A stretch of 64,000 bases of DNA, from NCBI RefSeq assembly GCF_963921235.1, contig NC_086109.1, positions 26,662,001 to 26,726,000 of the forward strand, read 5' to 3'. The notes below the pieces were generated by a model, which had not been told where the DNA came from, made no database searches, and saw nothing but the letters and a program-made list of their open reading frames with translations. Positions 38,650 to 51,869 of the stretch are shown one piece after another. Position 1 is the first letter of the stretch, and each line of letters opens with the position of its first letter. The DNA is from Mobula hypostoma. Its lineage: Eukaryota. A program made the position numbers and the translations under genes.

Positions 38650-38825
38650 ACATGAGAAAATCTGCAGATGTTGGAAATCCAAGCAACACACACAAAATGT
38701 TGGAGGAATTCAGCAGGCCAGGCAGCATCAATGGAAAAGAATACCGTCATGTTTTGGGCTGAAACCCTTCGGCAGGCCTAGGGAAAAAAAGGATAACTAG
38801 ATATTAAAGGTGGGAGGAAGGGCAC
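38650..38825 (-). mobile_element. Penelope-like terminal repeat fragment
   Basis: GAGAAAATCTGCAGATGTTGGAAATCC..TTTTGGGCTGAAACCCTTCGGCAGG, colinear with 62161-62340. Confidence 0.75.
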
Positions 38826-38985
38826 AATATAGATTCAAGATTCAAAATAGATTCAATATATTTTGATTGATACTGAAACATATTAGAATTCTTATTTTTA
38901 AATATCTACCTACGTTCCTAACTTGATGCTGGGAGCTTAGATCAGGCAAATGTCTATTATTTAAGTCATTAACAGGCTGACATAT

Positions 38986-39181
38986 GCCGTCCAGTGGTGT
39001 AGTGGCATCAGCACTAGAGTGGTCCTGGGTTTGAATCCATTTGGCTCCTTGCACACTTCACAATGCTACTGTGTTGAGTGTTCAGCTAGCAACTCAGCCT
39101 CGTTAAAAAAAAACAGACAAGAATACGCTAAAGAAACGACAAAGTTGCAGCCTGATGCGCCACAAGGCGTGGTGAGGAATA
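38986..39181 (+). mobile_element. tRNA-derived SINE (same family as 2532-2734)
   Basis: GTGGTGTAGTGGCATCAGCAC..GGGTTTGAATCC..GCAACTCAGCCTCGTTAAAAAAAAACAGACAA..CCTGATGCGCCACAAGGCG. Confidence 0.75.
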
Positions 39182-41659
39182 GCATAACATGGCTGACCTC
39201 ATGACAAGGGCAACCTCCATTGCAGCTGATTTTTAAAACAAGACTAGCTTGCTTACCCGAGTGTCAAGCTCTGTAGATTAGATTGTACGGAAAATCCTGA
39301 TGTCAGTAATGAAACTTATCTTGGATAACTTCCAAGGTTATGTCATCATTTAGTTAGATGCCTGGCATTAAAGACTTCACTTCGTAGTAATGGCCTCAAA
39401 CAATTTCTTGTCATTTGTAGTTATGTGAATAGCTTATTATTCATGAAAAATCTTGTTTTAATCCCAGAAAGAATCTTTGAGTGAAAATTGTGGAATGAAA
39501 TATTTAGGCATGTTACCTATTTTAACACATACCCCATACACTTTACTTTGTTTTATACTACATGATTTATTTAAAGTGAAAAAGTGCATTCACCAAATGA
39601 ATGAATAAAACACACCAAATTTCAGAAAGAAAGGCAGGAAAGGTTAACCTCGGGTTGATCTGTTCTGAAGCAGAATGGTTGATATCTCCACAAGCTCTCT
39701 GTTAACTGAATATTCAAAAGAATTTTTAAAAAAATGTCTTCAAGTGTATTTGTCCTGAGTAAAAAGTTCAAAGAAAATTTATTATCAAACTACCCTGAGA
39801 TTCATTTTCTTGCGGATACTCACAGTAAATAGAAAGAAACAGAATAGAATCAATGAAAAACCACACACTGCAGAGTCAACCAATGTGCAAAAGGCAACAA
39901 ACTGTACGAATACAAAAAATTGTGGACTAAGTTCAGTATTGGGGTGATTGAAGTTATCCCCTTTGGTTCAAGAGCTTGATGGCTGAGGAACAATGAACTG
40001 CTCCAGAACTTGGAACAGCTATAAACTGAGATTTTCCAAGTGAGCAGTACTTTAATGCCTAGGGCAGATTATTTTAATTTAATTTTTTTCTGCTAATGTT
40101 AAAATAACAGTAAGCAGAAATTTAAGATTATGGTAATTTAGTTTCTGTATTTAAATTTTTTTTACTGCAAGTCTGGGTTTTTGGTCTTTCAGTTTCTATA
40201 AACATTCTTAGTCTCACTCCAAACAATTTTAGCCTCGAGAAGTGATAATTGATTACACATCCATTTGGCGCAAGATCCAATTTTCTGGTGAAGTCAACAG
40301 AAGCAGTTTATTAGCATTTTGTTTTAATCATTTTTTTTCATTCCAACAGAGGAAGCCATTTGACCTATTGAGTTAGTGTCTTCTCCCAGAGTGTACCCAT
40401 CAGTTTCTTGCAACCTTTTCTCCCTCACAATCTCTTCTCCTAGCATCTGTCTCTCCCTCTGTACCCGCCCCTCTATACCTGCCCTGCCCTCTAGACCCTC
40501 ATCTCTATACCCCCCTCAATCCCTCTCGCCCCTTCTCTTTCCCCTTTCTTTCCCACCCTTCCGCCCCCCCCTTTCCCCCTTGAACAAATACCCTCTGAGT
40601 CATTTTGACATTCACAAGCGTCTTGACGGTTACACATACATCAGCCTCGTAGGCTGAATGTTTTGGGTCATCCAGAGGTGTGTGTGTGTGTGTTATAGTT
40701 CTTCCTATCAAAGCATGCAAAAAAGACATTGTACTTATCTAGGAGTGATGGATTGTTGCCACTTCTGCTTCCTTATCTCATCTTGTAGGAAGTTATGTTG
40801 TTCAAGCCCTGTCACAGCCAATGTCTGTACATTTGTGATTTGAGTTCAGTCCAAACCTGTCTCCTTGTGCTTGCGATGGCCATCCAGAGGTTATACTTGG
40901 ACTTGTATGACTCTGGTTTTCCAGCCCTAAACAGGCAAGACCTAGCACTCGCCAGATTTCAAATCTCCTGGTACTGATACTGATGAGTCATCAGGCCTGC
41001 CACACCTCCTTTGCAACAACTATCATTTAGAAGGTTAATTTCTTCTTTCATCTTAAAATCTCTCCTTGCCTAGAAACTCAGACATGTGTTTACCCAAATT
41101 CTGCTTACGTTCTTGGTATTTTCTCACAATTTCTCAGAAAAGGATGGTATTCCACCCACTATGCTGACTGTCGGGGTGTTTGTTTCTCACATCTGCAAAG
41201 CCATTGAGTCAGGTCGCCACTCTCCCCACCCCCCACTTTATCTCCATCTCCTATTTCACCTGTCTAGGAACAATGCAAACAACAGTAATCTGTAAGTGCC
41301 CTTCTCTTTCCTACAACCTGCTTTCCATTCTAACTACTGTCTTTCTTTCTATCTCATCAATACTTCTTTGACCAGTCTCTTCCAAATTGACGGTTACATT
41401 GTTTCACTTGCTACTATGCTGAAATCAAAGTCCCTCATTGTGCCAAATTCATTCTTTGGCAGACCATCAAATTATGAATGCCTTTAAACTGCTTTTCCTT
41501 CCTCAAGGTTTTAAAATTAAGCTTGATGTTTTGGAATTAATTGCTTTCTATTTAATAATGGGAATGTAACAGTGACCTAAAGAACTGAGTTTTTAATGTT
41601 ACCGCTTAAATTTTATGATCAAACCAGCTGAGGCTTGTTGTGAGTGCTGTTAAAATGAT

Positions 41660-42230
41660 GCCCTTGAATGGAAAATCGTACAAGAAGCAGTGGAAAAAGC
41701 CCAGTCCATCACAAGTAAAGCCTTCCCCACCACCGAGCATGTCTACATGGAGCACTATTGCAGGAAGGTAGCATCCATTGTCAAGGACCCCCACCGCCGA
41801 GCACCTGCTCTCTTCGCACTGCTGCCTTCAGGAAGAAAGTAGAGGAGCTTCTGGGCCCACACTGCCAGGTTCAGGAAGAGTTAATATCCCTCAACTATCA
41901 AGCTCTTGAACCAGAGGGGATAACTTCACTCAATTTCACTTGCCCTGTCATTGAACTGTTCCACAACCTTTGGACTTGCCTTCAAGGACTCTTCATCTCA
42001 AGCTCTCGATATTCATTGTTTATTCATTTATTATTATTATTCTTTTATCTTTTTGTCTTTTCTTTTTTCTTCTTTTTGTCTTATGCACATTGGTCTGTCC
42101 TGTTGGGTGCAGTCTTTCATTGATTCTATTGTGTTTTTTGGATTTACTAAATATACCCGCAAGAAAAGGAATCTCAAGGTTGTACCTGGTGATTATATAT
42201 GTACTTTGATAATACATTTACATTGAATTT
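41660..42230 (+). mobile_element. Rex1/Babar-type LINE 3' fragment
   Basis: Reverse-complement homology to 13182-13760 and 43957-44520. Confidence 0.8.
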
Positions 42231-43059
42231 TGGTGTTAGGTCAGGCCTATCAAGGCAGACAGGGACCGAATCCCAATGTGTAAAATTCCCTATTGCTATG
42301 GTAGTAATCAGTGGGATATTCCTTTGACAGCATGTTTAGTTTAAGTGTCTAAATGATTACAAATAACTATGAGGGGCAAGAAATGCTTAACCAAAGATAA
42401 TCTTCTCTAAATGGACTAGTAAAAGAAATGTCCAATTGTTTAAAAGGACGTGTAAACAATTTTTCTTTCAATTAATTATTTCTACCTTTTAATACCTGAA
42501 CTACATATTGATATTATGTTCAGATTACATGATCAGGAACTGAAGCCTTGATCAGGTTCCAACTCCCAGTATACATAGCAATATCTCAACCAATTGGAGA
42601 AAAATGCAAGATCTGTTTACTAATTTCTTGTCCCTATGGTAGCAGATTTCTGTTCCTGGTTAACCAGACAGTTCATGTAATTGTGTCAATAGATGATGAA
42701 ATAAATTGCTTTTGATTTAAATTTCACTCATCTAAATAATTCCTAAATTGTTATGAGATACTTTCTGAAGTTGAATATTTTATAGTAAAGGATTAATTCT
42801 GCATTGTTGGCAAAATAATCTGGGTTTAGAAATGCCCCATTTGTCTCCATGGTATTTGTGGGTTTCCTCATGTAATGACTGCTGAAGTATAGAGATAAGT
42901 CATCTCTTGTTCTGTTATTTCCCTTCTGTGCTGAAGATGCATTCTCCTCGAAGAATCACTGAAGTCACAGAAGGTCACTTTCCCAGCACGTCTTGGTTTG
43001 AAAAGTGTCTCAGTAGTTCCTCATTGCTGTTTTTGTCTGTTACCCCATAATTTCATATA

Positions 43060-43380
43060 GTCAGAATCCTTTTCCCAGGGTCAAAGTGTCAAATACCAGA
43101 GGACCTGCTTTTAAGGTTAGAGGGAGGAAGCTTAAAGGCAACATTTGGGCAAGCTTTTTTACAGAGAGGTTGATAGATGCCTGGAATGGGTTACCAGAGA
43201 TGGTAGTGGATTAGGTAGCTTGCTGGAGCTTAAGAAGCTCTTAGATAGGCACACGATTATGAATGGAATAACAGGGTATAGATGATATGTAGGAGGAAGA
43301 CATTTAGAATAATTCTCTATCATGACTGACACAACATCATGGGCCGTATGGTCTGTCCAGTGCCGTACTGTTCTATGTTC
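43060..43380 (+). mobile_element. CR1-clade 3' fragment
   Basis: TTTTTACAGAGAGG..TGCCTGGAATG; tail GTACTGTTCTATGTTC. Confidence 0.7.
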
Positions 43381-43764
43381 CTCATTCTCAAATAACGGTT
43401 TAATTCCTGGCAATATATGTTCCTGGATGCAACAGGTGCCTACTAACACTACAGCTAAAAAAAGAAATTCGTCATGTATAGGCCAATTTATAGAGGGTCT
43501 TATCTTTCTGTTAACCAACAGCATCTTTGCTTGACAGAGACACTAGGGAGTGATTAAGATCAGAAAACCTCATTAGTCATTCCTCCTTGTTTCAGGGTCA
43601 GTGAGGGCATTTGTTGTGTGTCTTATCACTGTCAACCGGAATAAGGTAACATGACAACATAGCAACAAGTTAATTGGTCTGTGTCATCGATACCAGACAT
43701 CCCAATGAGATCCCAAAGAAGGAAACTGTTACCACCAATGATGCAGAGTATCTAGGCCCCATTT

Positions 43765-43920
43765 TTATTTTTTAATTTTATTTATTTAGGAATACAGCGA
43801 AGAAAAGGCCCTTCCAGCCCAATGAGCCACACTGCCCAGCACCCTACCCATAAGCCTAGCCTAATCACAGGACAATTTACAATGACCAATTAATTGGTAC
43901 ATTTTTGGAATGTGGGAGGA
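43765..43920 (-). mobile_element. V-domain SINE 3' half
   Basis: AGGCCCTTCCAGCCC..CCTAATCACAGGACAATTTACAATGACCAATTAA, as in 56560-56835. Confidence 0.75.
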
Positions 43921-43956
43921 TGAGTCCCCTCAGTTGCTCCTTCTAGTTGGTCAACG

Positions 43957-44800
43957 TTCCAAGTAACTTTATTATCAAAGTTCATGTATGTCACCATATA
44001 TAACTTTAAGATTAGTTTCCTTGTGGGCATACACAATATATCCAAGAAACACAATAGAATCAATGCAAGACTGCACCCAACAGGACGGACAACCAATATG
44101 CATACACAGTGCAAATAGGAAAGAAAAAAAATACAATAATAAATAAATAAGCAATAAATATTGGGAACATGAGATGAAGAGTCCTTGAAAGTTGAGTCCA
44201 TAGGTTGCAGGAAGAGTTCAGTGATGGGACGAGTGAAGTTGAGTGAAATGATCCCCTCTGTTTCAAGAGCATGATGGTTGAGTACTAACTGTTCCTGAAT
44301 CTGGTGGTGCAGGTCCTGAGGCTCCTGTACCTTCTTCCTGATGGCAGCATTGAGAAGAGAGCGTGGCCTGGATTGTGGGGGGTCCTTGGTAATGGATGCT
44401 GCTTTCCTGCGACAGTGCTCCATGCAGATGTGCTCAACTGTGGGGAAGGGTTTACCCGTGACGGCCTGGGTATTATCTGCTACTTTTTGCCGGATTTTCC
44501 ATTCAAGAGCATTGGTATTTCCATAGCCGGCTGTGAGGCAACCAGTCAATATACTCTCCGCCTATATATAAACTCTCCACACATTTATAGAAGTTTGTCA
44601 AAGTTTTAGATGTCACGCGAAATCTTCGAAAACGTCTTAAGAAGTAGAGGCATTGACGTGCTTTCTTCGCAATTGCACTTGTGTGCTGGGCCCAGGGCAG
44701 ATCCTCCGAAATGATAACACCACACAGTTAAAAGTTGTGACCCACTCTGATCCCCTGATGAGGATTGGCTGATGGACCTCTGATTTCCTCCTCCTGAAGT
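43957..44800 (-). mobile_element. Rex1/Babar-type LINE 3' portion
   Basis: LTAGYGNTNALEWK..TVEHICMEHCRRKAASITKDP; homologous to 13182-14030. Confidence 0.85.
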
Positions 44801-46089
44801 CAGCCTCCTGAAGTTCTTACTTTTGCCTTGTGTTTTAGATGATCAGTTAGGATGATGGAGATGAGACTGTGCTGCACCACTATTTCAACGGGCAACACAC
44901 ACACACACACAACGGTTAACAGTTTTCAGGTGGGCTGGGAGAATACGAAAAGTACTCAGCAACATATATTAGGTGTCTGCTTTCTCTTAACTCTTAGATG
45001 ATTTTTTTTGTCTTTTGCTAACTATGGGAGATTTCTGCAACTTAGAGGGTAGCTGGCAGGATTTGGCTTGAGTTATGGGAAGAATGGCAGGAATTCTTTC
45101 ATGAGTGGAATTAAGAAGGGCTCTGCTGCTGCTTCTGATCGCACCAAAGCAAGTTATGTCCTTAGACTATAGGGGCTCTGGTTCCAGTGGACAGAAGTTA
45201 CTAAACAGTGTGCCACTCTCTCAGTCTGCCAATGTGGTGCCAACGACATCATTCCAGTTCACTGCGAATTAGGCAGAGAAATGACCTAGCTGTGTTTGGA
45301 AAGGCCCTGTTAAAATAGCAGTAGGAATTGAGCAAAAATAGAGAGGAGATAGAAATAAGCTCAAAGAGGAACTGAGCGCCATCCCACATTCTAGTAAGTT
45401 GAGTGTAAAATCAACTGTCAGTGTGAGGTTTCTTTTTTGTCTATGTCAAGGCATATTTTTGACAAGACATTATCTTTACATTATCTTTATTTCTGACTGG
45501 GTTGGACACTGGACAGAGCACATTCATCTGAAGAGTTTCTCTTAACAAGACATTTGTTTTTCTCGCTGCGCCATTCTCTTGGACTGTTTGTGACTTTAAT
45601 GAATGATGCCTGCGGGAGAAGACACTTCAGTCCCCTGGCAGCTATTTATCATTGTCAGGCTGTGCAGATCTGTGTGTGAACCCTGTAAAGGGGGAATAGT
45701 TATGAGACCGAGAGTTGCTTGGTACTTACACTTATTTTTACTCTAGTCTCAATGCCACGTTGTTCAGTCGTGACAGCAGAATGTTGAGGGCTTTGTAACA
45801 TTAGACCATCTTTTCACAGCTTTATGGCAATCAAACTAAATTCATCTGAAATAGCTCGGTGGCGGTGCCATAAAAGAAAAAAAGAAATACACAGATGGAA
45901 GGTCATTCAGATAGTCAAAGATCTGCACAAAGAAATAACAGACAAATGTTAAATAATATCACGTGCATTAAAGGGGATTATTTTATTTTGTAGTGCAGAA
46001 TTAGATCAGACAGGGACACAATGGCAGTTTATATAACCTCTGAGCTCATGATTTACCATCAAAAAAACTAAACAAATAAGCCTGAACTA

Positions 46090-46652
46090 CTCGGTGGTTA
46101 AACATTTTAATTCCAATTTCCATTCCCGTTTCAACATGTTGGTCCATGGCCTCCTCGTGATTATGAGACCACCCTCAGGGTGGAGGAGCAACACTTTATA
46201 TTCTATCTGAGTAACCCCCAACCTGATTGCATAAATATCATTTTCTCCTTCCAGTAAAACATTTTTCCCTTCCCTTCTTCTATTCTCTTTTTCTATTCCC
46301 CACTCTGGCCTCATACCCTTTCTCACCTGCCTATCACTTCCCCCTGGGTCCCCTCCCCCTTCCCTTACTCCTATGGCCCACTCTGCTCTACTATCAGATT
46401 ACTTCTTCTGCAGCCTTTCACATTCACTTGGCTTCATCTATCCATCTTTTGTTTATCCTCCTTTCCCTCCCTCCCTCTTTTTTATTCTAGTGTCTTCCGG
46501 ATTCCACTTGAGTCTTGAAGAAGGGTCTCAGTCTGAAACATCGACTGTTTTTTCCCCCCATTTCCTTTCATGCTGCCTGACCTGCTGAGTTCCTCTAGCA
46601 TTTTTTGTGTGTTGCTTTGGATTTCCTGCCTCTGCAGACTTTCTCATGTTTA
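46090..46652 (+). mobile_element. Penelope-like element 3' fragment with hammerhead-like motif at about 46512-46547
   Basis: VVKHFNS..RVEEQHFIFYL; pyrimidine-rich UTR; AGTC-TTGAAGA-AGGGTCTCAGTCT-GAAA-CA-TC-GACTG. Confidence 0.85.
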
Positions 46653-47069
46653 AAATTTCCGGTTAATCGTATTTGGTAGGCACAGATTGATAGCAGTCAA
46701 AGGTAACTCAATTGAGTCCAGATTATTTAATTCCCCTCACGTTCATTTATCTTCAAGTAGCATCCTTGCCTGGGTTGTGGATGCGTGGCAATCTGCCCTC
46801 TGAGATCTTGCCTGATCATACAAAGTGGATGCTGGCAGAGAGTTTAGCCTCACAAGCTTGTGCCATGGATTTATGCACAGAAGTAGCTCCTTTGGGCCAT
46901 TACGTCCATGTCAACCACAACATCCATTTATACTAAGCCCATTTATCCACAAGAACTCTCAGTGCCTCAGTGATTTGTGTGTGTATGTTTTTAGATGCTT
47001 TTTAGATATAACACCATCAACTCTTCAGGCAGTGCATTCTCATGTCTACTCTCTATGTGGATAAACAGA

Positions 47070-47480
47070 AACTTTAGGGCCCCTTATCTAGGAAAGGATG
47101 TGCTGCCATTGGGGTAGGTTTACATACAAGGAGCATTTGATGGATCTCAGCCCGTACTTACTGGAGTTTAGATGAATGAGGGGGTGATCTCATTGTAACC
47201 TATGGGATATTGGGAGGTTTAGTTGGAGTGGACATGGAGAGGATATTTCAAATAGTGGGAGAGTCTGGGACTCGGGGGTATAGCCTCAGAATACAGCAGG
47301 GGTTCCCAGCCTGGGGTCCACAGGCTTAGTGGTATTGGTCTATGGCATAAAAAAAAATTGAGAACCCCTGGAATAGAAGGACGTCCCTTTAGAACAGAGA
47401 TGAGGAGGAGTTTCTTTAGCCATAGGGTGGATAATCTGTGGAATTCTTTGCACAGACTACTGTGGAGGCTAAGCCATTTA
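47070..47480 (+). mobile_element. CR1-clade fragment split by a hAT MITE
   Basis: GYSLRI, then the insert, then EGRPFRTEMRRSFFSHRVDNLWNSL. Confidence 0.75.
47297..47370. mobile_element. 74-bp hAT MITE
   Basis: CAGGGGTTCCCA / TGAGAACCCCTG; degenerate TSD GAATACAG / GAATAGAA. Confidence 0.78.
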
Positions 47481-49679
47481 GCACTACCCCACTATTTTGT
47501 TCACCTATTTTGTTGCACAAATATTTTATACATATTTCTTGTTATAAGTTATGGTAATTTTTTTAATGTCTTGTGCTGTACCGCTGCCACAAAGCAATAA
47601 ATTTCATGGCATACATCAATGATAATCAACCTGGTGATTTGGCGATATGTTTTTTTGTAAAATAGCTGATGTCCTGATATTCAAAATACTATTACCATTG
47701 GCCAATCTGTTGTTATTTAAATGAATGGAACCAAATATTATGAAGGGTGGCTAATATTACCATGCTTATGCAGTGTAGGATTCTGAAGAATTCTCACTCT
47801 GTCATTGTCCTTTCTCTTCCACTCGCTTATTACTTTCAGATTCTCTTACTGCATTTCATTTTCCTTCTACTTGGAGTATTTTGTTCTATTAGCAAATAGA
47901 CTGGAAAATTCCCTGCTTGCAAGTGGAAAAGTGATCTTACTGAACAGATTGACAGAAAGAGCAGTCCTGTGAAATCAGATCTATCTTCTTCATCGCTCTG
48001 CTCTTCATTCCTCGTTTCTTACCTTGGCAACAAATGACTATACAGTTGGGCACTTTCTTTAGCTCTCCAGCAGAAATTTAGTCACACTGGTAACTGGCAT
48101 CTGTTGGAGTATAATGGTCATTTTAACTATTATTGAGATAATAGTTAGCAGTCCAATATACCACTTCAAAAGATTCCCGTAAAGATTCTTAAATATTTGT
48201 CTTAAAAGTCACTACTGCAGTGTAACTGAAGAAGCAGTAGGTTTAGCAGAATACAGCCTCTCGGCTTGATACAGCTCCTGCTTGATGACAATGGTTATGC
48301 ATCTGTGGAACACCAGAGTCTCCAAACAAAGGCACTTTTCGCTTATGATATCTGTGTATTTTCTTCTGGCTGGCATGTTGACCCAGTTTTCTATTGCTTG
48401 CTGTGCCTGTCAAAATCACCAAGCTGGAGTATAATAAAGAGCTGTGGGAAAATCACGAGGAAATGCACATGAGTCATGAGTGTAGTTAGAATCTCGAACA
48501 AAGGATGCTGTTTTTTTTTGTAGATTTTTGTCCCAATTAAAATAAGCACTTTTTTAAGATCAACTAGCTAGATTAGGTTCAGTTAAACAGACTACATCCT
48601 TTGGCATAATAATCAAGTGAGGGTTTGTTGGTAAAGCAAGAGAGACCAAAGCATTTCACAAATATTAGAGATGTATAGGGAGTAGTGAAGCAACTACAGA
48701 ATATAAAACTCACAATTACTTTTAACTTGCTGTCCCTGCTTCTACTGTTGTTCAGTGTTTCATGTACTGTTTGCCTTAGCTGCTTACTATTGATTGAATT
48801 TCAGAATTTTCAAAGTGCCCAGATATTGTCCAGTATTTACTTTCTCATTTTGCCTTTATCTCCTTTTCTCAATTTTCAAAGAGATTTTGATACCCTGCTG
48901 GCTATGCTTGGTTCAAGTCACATGAAGCTTATTACTTCTAAAGATTTTCAGCTTTACAAATATTAAATTCTAGGCGCTGGACATTTCTGTAATTATTCTC
49001 CAAAATAGATGGAACAGTCCCTTTAAATCTGCCTTTCTGAATGTTGTTTGTATGGATCAGTAGATTTGCAGCATTTGTGACTGTCAAGTCTTCAGTTTTT
49101 GAAGCATCCTATCTTGACACCTCATTTAAATTGAAATGAAAATTTATTGGGAAACAGCCATATGATAAGCAGCTGGATATTTTGTGGTTAATTGTTATGG
49201 CACATTCAGACATAAGCAGATGGAATAGTTTATCTTTGCTCTGTAAGATTAGCACAAAGTCAATTAGTTCCCCGTGCCTACATCTAGCCTGATAGAGTGG
49301 CTAGAAGTTGGCATTTTGAGCCCTGACAAATTCATCACCCTATTTCGGATTAAGAAGCAGGCTGAGCAAACACAGACAATAACCAACATGAGTTTACATA
49401 TCCAGTCAGCATGAGGAACCAATAAATGTATTCCTCAGATAGATGATGCTTTTTAATTCTTCAGCGAAGTCGAAATCCAAGTTTAGAAAGTTAAGCAATT
49501 GTACATTGAAGAGGAGGAGGTAGAGCCATCCACAACATACAAACAAAAAAGAAATCTGTGAAATCTTGCACAAGCAAACAGTGACTGCAGGTTTGTCATT
49601 GGACAACATGGCGACATGCAGCTTAGGTTGTTCTCCTGATACACATTCTTTTCCACATTTAAGATTAGCTTTGCCTTAA

Positions 49680-49995
49680 AGATTAACGTTAGCTTCATTT
49701 GTCATATGTATATTGAAACATCGAAACACGCTGTGAAGTGCATGGTTTGCGTCAAATCAGCGAGGATTGTACTGGGCAGCTTGAAGTATCAGCACGCTTC
49801 CGGCACCAATGTAGCATGCCCACAACTCACTCCCCTAACCTTACATCTTTGGAATGTGGGAGGAAACCGGAGCATCCGGAGGAAACCTACACAGTTACTG
49901 AGAGAATGTACAAGCCCCTCACAGGCAGCAGTGGGAATTGAATTTGTGAAAGCTGGTGCTCTAATGCGATGACCGCCACGTTACTGAGCCATCCC
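49680..49995 (-). mobile_element. V-domain-like SINE with a Rex1-like tail (same type as 24888)
   Basis: TTTGGAATGTGGGAGGAAACCGGAGCATCCGGAGGAAACC; AAAGATTAAC..ATTTGTCA end mirrors 25190-25215. Confidence 0.65.
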
Positions 49996-50235
49996 CTTCA
50001 ATTGCCACATTCTTCCTTAAAAACATGCTCTATGTTCTGAACATGACGAGCACGGTATATGGAAATATCTGAAGCAATCTATGAAAAAGAGCTGGAAATG
50101 TTAAAAGAGTCTCCGATACAGTATTGTTCTGCATCTCCTCCCCCACCCCTCCACAAATCTGACCTTTTAAGGCACCAGTGATGCGGAGAAGTTAATACAC
50201 TGCACTTCCATAATTATGAAATTGTTCAATTGTTA

Positions 50236-50605
50236 TTCAGACTAAACATCAGAATGGGGAAAAATGTGATCTAAGTGACTGAGTGTGGAATGATTGTTGG
50301 TGGCAGATGGGATGGTTTGAGTATCGCAGAAACTGTTGAACTCTTGGGATTTTCACGCTCAACGGTCTCTAGAGTTGACAGAGAATGGTGAGAAAAATCC
50401 AGTGAGCAGTTCTGTGGGTGAAATTGTCTTGTTCATGAGAGCGGTCAGAGGAGAATGGCCAGCCAGGCTCAAGCTGATAGGAAGGCGACAATAACTCAGA
50501 TAACCACGTGTTACACCAGCACACGCATGTCAAACCTTGAAGTGGATGAACTGCAGTAACAGAAGACTACACCAGGTTCAACTCCTGATAAAGTAGCCAT
50601 TGAGT
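50236..50605 (+). mobile_element. Second Tc1-family remnant: transposase N-terminal HTH region plus right end
   Basis: MGK..DLSD..GMIVGGRWDGLSIAETVELLGFSRSTVSRVDREW..ESGQRRMA..ADRKATITQITT; CCTGATAAAGTAGCCATTGAGT resembles a Tc1 terminus. Confidence 0.8.
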
Positions 50606-51434
50606 TTATGTCGATGCGCGTGCATAGAGGCAAGTAGGCTCCGGATCTTACCCAGGTAACGTTAGACAGGATCCGTGCTTCCAGCAGATATGTAAAAGAT
50701 ACTTTAGTTGGAAGAGAAGTTGGTGCCTGAGGCAAGCAAGATTTTCAAAGGGTTCAAAAGGATACAGTAAATGAGAGGTGTGGTGCAGACTACAAATCAT
50801 GGAGGCATGCTGACAGGTTTTAGTGAGACTCCCAGTCTATGGAAAATAAGCCATGCTTATATCATTCAGATAATTGACAGTTTCACTTTCAGGGTATGTC
50901 ATTAACAGGGTTTTTTTTTCTCCCTAGCAACCAATCCCAAAGACATTAGAAAAGAAATTATAGTTGATAAGCAAGTTCACTTGATAGTGCTAAAAATATT
51001 TTTTAGCAGCTCGTCTCTTGAAATTAGCTATCATGTTTTCAGTCTGATTGTTTTCCAGGCAAAAGCCATATTTAATCCTTTAACAACTGTCTGAGTGCTG
51101 TACTTCAATGAGGCACTTATAAACTGGCACTGGGTGGAGAATTTTGAGCTCATATTGGTGCAGTGTACTGCCAGTTTACATAGCCATGTATATTAACCGT
51201 GATAGCAATTATAAAGAAAACTAACCAACAAAGATAAATAACTTGCATTTACACAGTGCCTGCTTTGTGTCCTCAAAAATCAGAGAAATATTTTTATATA
51301 TCACCATTGTTGGAAATTACAAGTTTGTACTTTAGTATATCACTTCCAAAGCAGCCTGCTGAACAAATAATTTGCTTTCCTACAGGCATTGCAATTGGAG
51401 GACCCTTTATTATTATTTTAATGCTTTAAACAAA

Positions 51435-51690
51435 TGGGCGCCACAGTAGTGTAGCAGTTAGCACGACGCTATCACAGCCTGGGACGTCAAAGTTCAGCGT
51501 TCAATTCTGACGTTTGTACATTTCTTTCCATGATGCACGTGGATTTCCACCAGATCCCCCTCCACAGTTGAAAGATGTACTGGTTTGTAGGTTAATTGGT
51601 CATTGTAAATTGGTCTGCAACTAGACTAGTGAAATAGATGGATTGTTGGGTGGTTGGGCCTGATCCACACCATAGCTCTAAAAAAAAATT
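51435..51690 (+). mobile_element. V-domain SINE
   Basis: GGGCGCCACAGTAGTGTAGCAGTTAGC, GTTCAATTC, GTAGGTTAATTGGTCATTGTAAATT. Confidence 0.75.
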
Positions 51691-51869
51691 AATCTGTTGG
51701 TTGAAGTATTGAAACTACAGTTATCACAGCAGTCTTTGTCCTCTTTTATACATGATTGGAAATGTATCCTTCAACCACTGTTTTTAAACTCCAAGCAAAG
51801 GAAAGAACAACTCTTATAACCCCAAAGCATCCTCAAATACTTTACATTGTAGGAAGTACTTTCATCAAT

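Noticed and set aside
51121..51180. Inverted repeat TAAACTGGCA..TGCCAGTTTA as a miRNA or MITE
   Set aside because: The arms are only about 10 bp with a poorly pairing interior and no clear TSD.
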